Source: Pirellulales bacterium
GTDB lineage: Bacteria > Planctomycetota > Planctomycetia > Pirellulales > JAIMBC01
Direction of reading: 5' to 3'
Assembly (NCBI GenBank): GCA_023511675.1
Contig: JAIMBC010000002.1
Location: forward strand, 1 to 57,099
DNA: 57,099 nucleotides
Below are positions 53,567-57,099 of the stretch, piece after piece. The notes beneath the pieces were generated by a model that had not been told where the DNA came from, ran no database searches, and saw only the letters and a program-made list of their open reading frames with translations. The translations under genes and the position numbers were made by a program. Every line of letters begins with the position of its first letter. Position 1 is the first letter of the stretch.

Positions 53567-53595
53567 CACCGGGGCGGCCTCGTGCCGCCCCGGTG
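53567..53595 (+). other. 11-bp perfect GC-rich hairpin (CACCGGGGCGG-cctcgtg-CCGCCCCGGTG) in the murF-like / mraY spacer
   Basis: Read directly from the sequence. It has a 7-nt loop, no U-tract, and ends 124 nt upstream of the mraY ATG (53719). Confidence 0.25.
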
Positions 53596-53718
53596 CCTCA
53601 GGGAACAGGCGTCTGGCGGGCCGTGGTGGGCAGCGGCTCGCCAGGCGTGCGCAGCCTTCGCCCGCCGCCGGGCGCGGCTCATCTGTCTGCGTTGCCTTGG
53701 GGCCTTGGGTCATTGGTC

Positions 53719-54939
53719 ATGCTGGTGTGGCTGCTGGAACTGTTCGCGGCGGGTAAGCCTGCCGAATGGGCCTGGAGGCAGCCGGCGCCCCGTGCCTTGA
53801 CCGCCGCCTGGCTGTGTCTGTGCGCCACAGTGGGCCTCGCGCCATGCTGGCTGGCGTGGCTGGCGACTTATTTCCGCGAGCCGCTCAAGACGCCATGTGC
53901 GGCACTCCGTGAGCTGCACCGCAGCAAGACGCATACGCCCACCATGGGAGGCCTGATCATCGTGGGCGCCCTGCTGGCAGCCCTGCTGCTGCTGAGCGAC
54001 CTCCGCAGCCCCCTTGTCCAGGCAACCTTGTGCGCAACGCTGGGCCTGGCTGCGGTCGGCGCTGCCGACGACCTGTGCAAGCTCCGCCGTACCTGCAATG
54101 GTCTGCGTCCGCTGCCCAAGCTCTTGCTGGGACTTCCGTCCGCGGGCCTCTCTGCATGGCTGATCTATGTGCAGCACCGCGCCGAGCCTGGCGGTTTGGC
54201 TCTCTGGCTGCCGTGGGTGGGAGAGGTCGATCTGGGTGCAGCGTATCTCTTGCTGGCCGTGCTGGTCATCCTCTGTTCGGCACACGCGGTGAACCTGACC
54301 GATGGTCTGGACGGTCTGGCCGGCGGTTGCGTGCTGATGGTGCTGCTCTGCCTGGGGCTGGTGGTATGGTGCGGCGGCCAGGGTTGGTCTCTGGCCACGG
54401 CCTGGGCCTGGCTTGAGGATCCCAGGCAGCTCTGGAACCATGGAGAGGCCGCGGGCGGGATGGCAGGACCCGCAGGCCTGGTGCCGTTTCCAGGGGGGGG
54501 AGAGACACTGGTAGCGGCGGGGGCTGCGGCGGGAGCCGTCGCGGGCTTTCTTTGGTTTAACCGCCATCCGGCCAGGGTATTCATGGGCGATACCGGTTCG
54601 CTTTCGCTGGGCGGGTTGCTGGCTGTGCTGGCGCTTGCGAATCGACTGGAGTGGCTGCTGCTGGTGGCGGGAGGCGTGTTTGTGGCCGAGGCCGGCAGTG
54701 TGGTCGTGCAGCTCTGCATTCGCCGGCTGTGGGGGAAACGCTGGTTGCGTTGCGCGCCGCTGCACCACCACTTCGAGTTGGGAGGCTGGCCCGAAACACG
54801 CGTGGTGCGGAGGTTCTGGATGGCGGCCGTGCTGTGCGCGGCGGCGGCCCTAGGCCTCACGCAAGCGGCGTGGCAAAGCGGGGCAGAGGGCCCGCACGTC
54901 GTGGCCCGCCACGCTCCGCCTGGCCCATCCCTACGCTGA
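53719..54939 (+). CDS. mraY: Phospho-N-acetylmuramoyl-pentapeptide transferase
   Basis: Start is taken at MLVWLLELF (ATG 53719 in track ORF 53593..54939). Conserved segments are KTHTPTMGGLII, NLTDGLDGLAGG, MGDTGSLSLGG and APLHHHFELGGW. It contains a Gly/Ala-rich insertion (EDPRQLWNHGEAAGGMAGPAGLVPFPGGGE). Confidence 0.9.
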   Translation: MLVWLLELFAAGKPAEWAWRQPAPRALTAAWLCLCATVGLAPCWLAWLATYFREPLKTPCAALRELHRSKTHTPTMGGLIIVGALLAALLLLSDLRSPLVQATLCATLGLAAVGAADDLCKLRRTCNGLRPLPKLLLGLPSAGLSAWLIYVQHRAEPGGLALWLPWVGEVDLGAAYLLLAVLVILCSAHAVNLTDGLDGLAGGCVLMVLLCLGLVVWCGGQGWSLATAWAWLEDPRQLWNHGEAAGGMAGPAGLVPFPGGGETLVAAGAAAGAVAGFLWFNRHPARVFMGDTGSLSLGGLLAVLALANRLEWLLLVAGGVFVAEAGSVVVQLCIRRLWGKRWLRCAPLHHHFELGGWPETRVVRRFWMAAVLCAAAALGLTQAAWQSGAEGPHVVARHAPPGPSLR

Positions 54940-54951
54940 CGGGAGCTGGCT

Positions 54952-56295
54952 GTGCCGTCGCCATTTGGCCGCGGACTAAGAATCGTGATCGCCGGAGGCG
55001 GCACGCTCGGCCACGTGCTTCCTGGCCTGGCCATAGCCGAGGCGATCGTACACCTGGCACCCGACGCCCGGGTGGCGTTTACCGGCCACTGTGCGGACCT
55101 CGAAGCGCCCCATGTGAATGCGGCCGGATTTGTGCACCGGGCGTTTCGTGCCCGAGCGCTGCCGCAAAGGTGGCGCGAGTACTGGCCATTCGTCCGGGAA
55201 AACGTGGCGGGCTATCTCGAGGCACGCCGCTGGCTGAAACACTTCCGCCCTCATGTGGTGCTGGCTACAGGCGGCTATGCCTGCGCAGCAACAGCCCGCG
55301 CCTGCCTGTCTGAAAGACTCCCCTTGGTGCTCCTCGAGCTGAACGCCTTGCCTGGCCGCACGAGCCGATGGCTCGCCCGACGTGCTGCGGCCGTGTGTGT
55401 GGCGTCGCCGGCAGCCGCCGCCATTCTGCAAAACCCCAACTGGTGGCTGACCGGCACGCCGCTGCGTCCGGGCTTCTTTCGCCAGCGGGGGGATCTCCAC
55501 GCGGCAACAGCCCAGCCGCCTCGCCCTACCTCGCACGCACCGCCCGTCATGGATGGATCGCAGCCAACAGCCGCTCCGACGCAGCAGACGCTAGACGATC
55601 AGCCGGCCCTGCCTGTGCCGCCGGATACCGCACGCGCTGCCATCCCCAACTCCCAGCCCATCGCCGCATACCCCGCCGGGTACGAGTCCCTCCCTTCCTC
55701 CACATTGGTCGTGCTGGGCGGCAGTCGCGGCGCCGAGGAGTTGAATCAATGCGTGCCGCAAGCCATCGCCTTGGCGGCGCGCCACCTGACGGCGAGTGCG
55801 ACGCACGTGCAACAAGCGGAGCCGAGCCACATCGCTCCGGCCAAGCTGCCCTGGCAGGTGATCCACGTTGCCGGCCGTGGCCGAAGCGAGGCCACGGCCG
55901 CTCGATATGCCAGATGGAGCATCGATGCCCAGGTACTGGACCACCTGGACGCGCCGGCCGACCTGTTATCGAGGGCAGACGTGGCCATCTGCCGCTGCGG
56001 CGCCAGCACGCTGGCAGAGCTGGCCGCCAGCGGCGTGCCGGCCGTGCTGGTGCCGTACCGCGCTGCCCGAGATGACCACCAGCTGGCCAATGCGCTCGAG
56101 GTGGCACGCGCCGGCGGCGGCCTGCTTGTCGACGCACCCCGTCCCGAAGCCATCGCCCACTCCCTGATCCAGCTTGCCGACGAGCAGCGCCGCCACAGCA
56201 TGGCACAAGCCATGCGCCGCCTGGCCACGCCCGAGGCGGCCCACCGTATCGCCACACTGGTACTTCGGCTGGCGTCCCGCCAGGTGGGCACGTAA
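54952..56295 (+). CDS. murG: Undecaprenyl-PP-MurNAc-pentapeptide UDP-GlcNAc transferase, insertion-containing (447 aa)
   Basis: GTG start 12 nt after mraY. Conserved segments are IVIAGGGTLGHVLPGLAIAEA, LTGTPLRPGF, VVLGGSRGAEELN, ICRCGASTLAELAASGVPAVLVPY and DDHQLANA. A Pro/Gln/Ala-rich insert of about 70 aa lies between the two Rossmann halves. Confidence 0.85.
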   Translation: MPSPFGRGLRIVIAGGGTLGHVLPGLAIAEAIVHLAPDARVAFTGHCADLEAPHVNAAGFVHRAFRARALPQRWREYWPFVRENVAGYLEARRWLKHFRPHVVLATGGYACAATARACLSERLPLVLLELNALPGRTSRWLARRAAAVCVASPAAAAILQNPNWWLTGTPLRPGFFRQRGDLHAATAQPPRPTSHAPPVMDGSQPTAAPTQQTLDDQPALPVPPDTARAAIPNSQPIAAYPAGYESLPSSTLVVLGGSRGAEELNQCVPQAIALAARHLTASATHVQQAEPSHIAPAKLPWQVIHVAGRGRSEATAARYARWSIDAQVLDHLDAPADLLSRADVAICRCGASTLAELAASGVPAVLVPYRAARDDHQLANALEVARAGGGLLVDAPRPEAIAHSLIQLADEQRRHSMAQAMRRLATPEAAHRIATLVLRLASRQVGT

Positions 56296-56719
56296 ACCGC
56301 GGCAGCCGCTGCTGGCCTCCGCACGCCGACTCTCCACCCTTGCGGCGCCCTGGCATGCCTTGCTGATCATCCCACACTTGCCTGTTGGATCGCAGAGACT
56401 GCACGAAGCAGCGATCCGATCGGCGGCGTGCTGCCCCAGCCCGCCGGCCCACAGCCAGGTGGCAACCACCCGCCACCGGCTACTCGACACCCGCCACCTT
56501 CTGCACGAGCTTCCGTCTCAGATTCAGCCATCGCTGCTGTTGCCTAGCATGGGTTGCCGGTCGCTGGCTGGCGGGCTACCATCTTTCGAGTGCGAACGAT
56601 GAAGGTGAGGGGTAGCCGACGACGTTGCCTAGCGGTCACGCTGCTACCTCCAGTAGATGCCACCATGATGGCAACGGCTTGCTTGAGCGTCCGCCAGACG
56701 CTGACCGGCCCGCTGTTTA

Positions 56720-57099
56720 GAGGCTGTGACAAAACCGGTTTTCTTGGGGACAACTAGCTTGCGCATTACTCGAGGAGACGGAAGCAAATAACACTCGCGG
56801 CCAGCGCGTTCCACGCCAGTTGCATCATGGCGAGACGATCGTGCCGAAGCCGCATTCGTCGCATACCCTTCAGCCAACTGATGGTGCGCTCCACCACCCA
56901 CCGCACCTTGCCCCGTCCGCTGCCATGCTCCCTGTTTCTCTGCACAATCACGGCCTTGATCCCGAGCCACCGCAAGATAGCGCGGGCCGCAGCCGAATCG
57001 TATCCGCCATCGGCATACAGCCTCTTAGGGCGCGTCTTGGGCGCTCCAGGCTTGCCTCTGATCTTGGGAAAAGCGAGCACGGCAGGAAGAATCTGGCAA
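56720..57099 (-). mobile_element. One end of an IS5-family insertion sequence (continues beyond the window)
   Basis: The transposase C-terminus is at 56766..57099. The candidate terminal repeat GAGGCTGTGACAAAACC starts at about 56720 and is preceded by TTAG (a YTAR-like target). The boundary is inferred, because the second end is not available for comparison. Confidence 0.5.
56766..57099 (-). CDS. IS5-family DDE transposase, C-terminal part (open at the window edge)
   Basis: ...CQILPAVLAFPKIRGKPGAPKTRPKRLYADGGYDSAAARAILRWLGIKAVIVQRNREHGSGRGKVRWVVERTISWLKGMRRMRLRHDR... shows the typical YADxGYDS...R motif and the WxVERTxxWLK...RRL..RyE(D)R tail. The frame stays open upstream of 57080 to the window end. 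Confidence 0.8.
   Translation of the reverse strand, partial: CQILPAVLAFPKIRGKPGAPKTRPKRLYADGGYDSAAARAILRWLGIKAVIVQRNREHGSGRGKVRWVVERTISWLKGMRRMRLRHDRLAMMQLAWNALAASVICFRLLE

Noticed and set aside
53162-53800. 212-aa ORF (+) as a possible frameshifted C-terminal domain of MurF
   Set aside because: The only resemblance is a very weak one (AFIDPSVCHEE versus xIDDSYNANP). The rest is junk composition and runs into the mraY start region.
1-57099. CRISPR arrays, rRNA/tRNA genes, prophage or defence-island signatures
   Set aside because: There are no regularly spaced direct repeats beyond the 3 x 20-bp unit at 7001-7060. I saw no rRNA- or tRNA-like sequences. I recognised no nuclease, helicase, methylase or toxin-type genes of known defence systems in any frame I read.

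Overview
This is a 57.1 kb, visibly GC-rich chromosomal segment (roughly two-thirds G+C by eye, not computed). I infer it comes from a Planctomycetota-like genome. The grounds are a 1803-aa ThuA/LamG/HEAT protein ending in a CxxCH heme-binding domain, a membrane Ser/Thr kinase with a D-W-G-L-A-K type activation motif, insertion-rich peptidoglycan enzymes and many 4-nt ATGA gene overlaps. About 45 protein-coding genes can be supported; no rRNA, tRNA or CRISPR array was seen.

Gene blocks in order:
- 2-oxoacid dehydrogenase E1 beta/alpha (minus strand, beta cut by the window edge)
- a TPR/GT9-like/C-terminal-helical fusion protein
- a TIM-barrel isomerase plus UbiA prenyltransferase pair
- an alpha/beta hydrolase
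- an adenylate-forming enzyme, an ALDH/LuxC-like reductase and an Fe-alcohol dehydrogenase
- a tightly coupled beta-propeller / HemN-like radical SAM / GcvH-like / ferredoxin-domain unit
- a 10.8 kb flagellar block, flgF-flgG-flgA-flgH-flgI-(rod-binding protein)-(FlgN-like)-flgK-flgL, preceded by a textbook sigma54 -24/-12 element; FlgA (505 aa) and FlgL (1002 aa) are oversized
- a PqaA-like protein and the giant heme-binding protein
- ribBA
- korAB bracketed by two CBS-domain genes
- a dienelactone hydrolase
- a disrupted Ser/Thr kinase (in-frame TGA at a conserved Trp plus a frameshift)
- pterin-4a-carbinolamine dehydratase, a secreted K/E-rich protein and a membrane-fused spermidine-synthase-like protein
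- a csrA homologue whose ORF runs about 100 codons past the conserved core
- a reduced dcw-like block, murE / degenerate murF-like / mraY / murG
- the end of an IS5-family element at the window edge

The best candidates for undescribed biology are the radical-SAM/GcvH-like/ferredoxin unit, the LuxE/LuxC-like reductive trio, the repeat-expanded FlgL, the long-tailed CsrA and the degenerate MurF-like gene. None of these can be confirmed without database searches. All domain calls rest on motifs I recognised in the translations.
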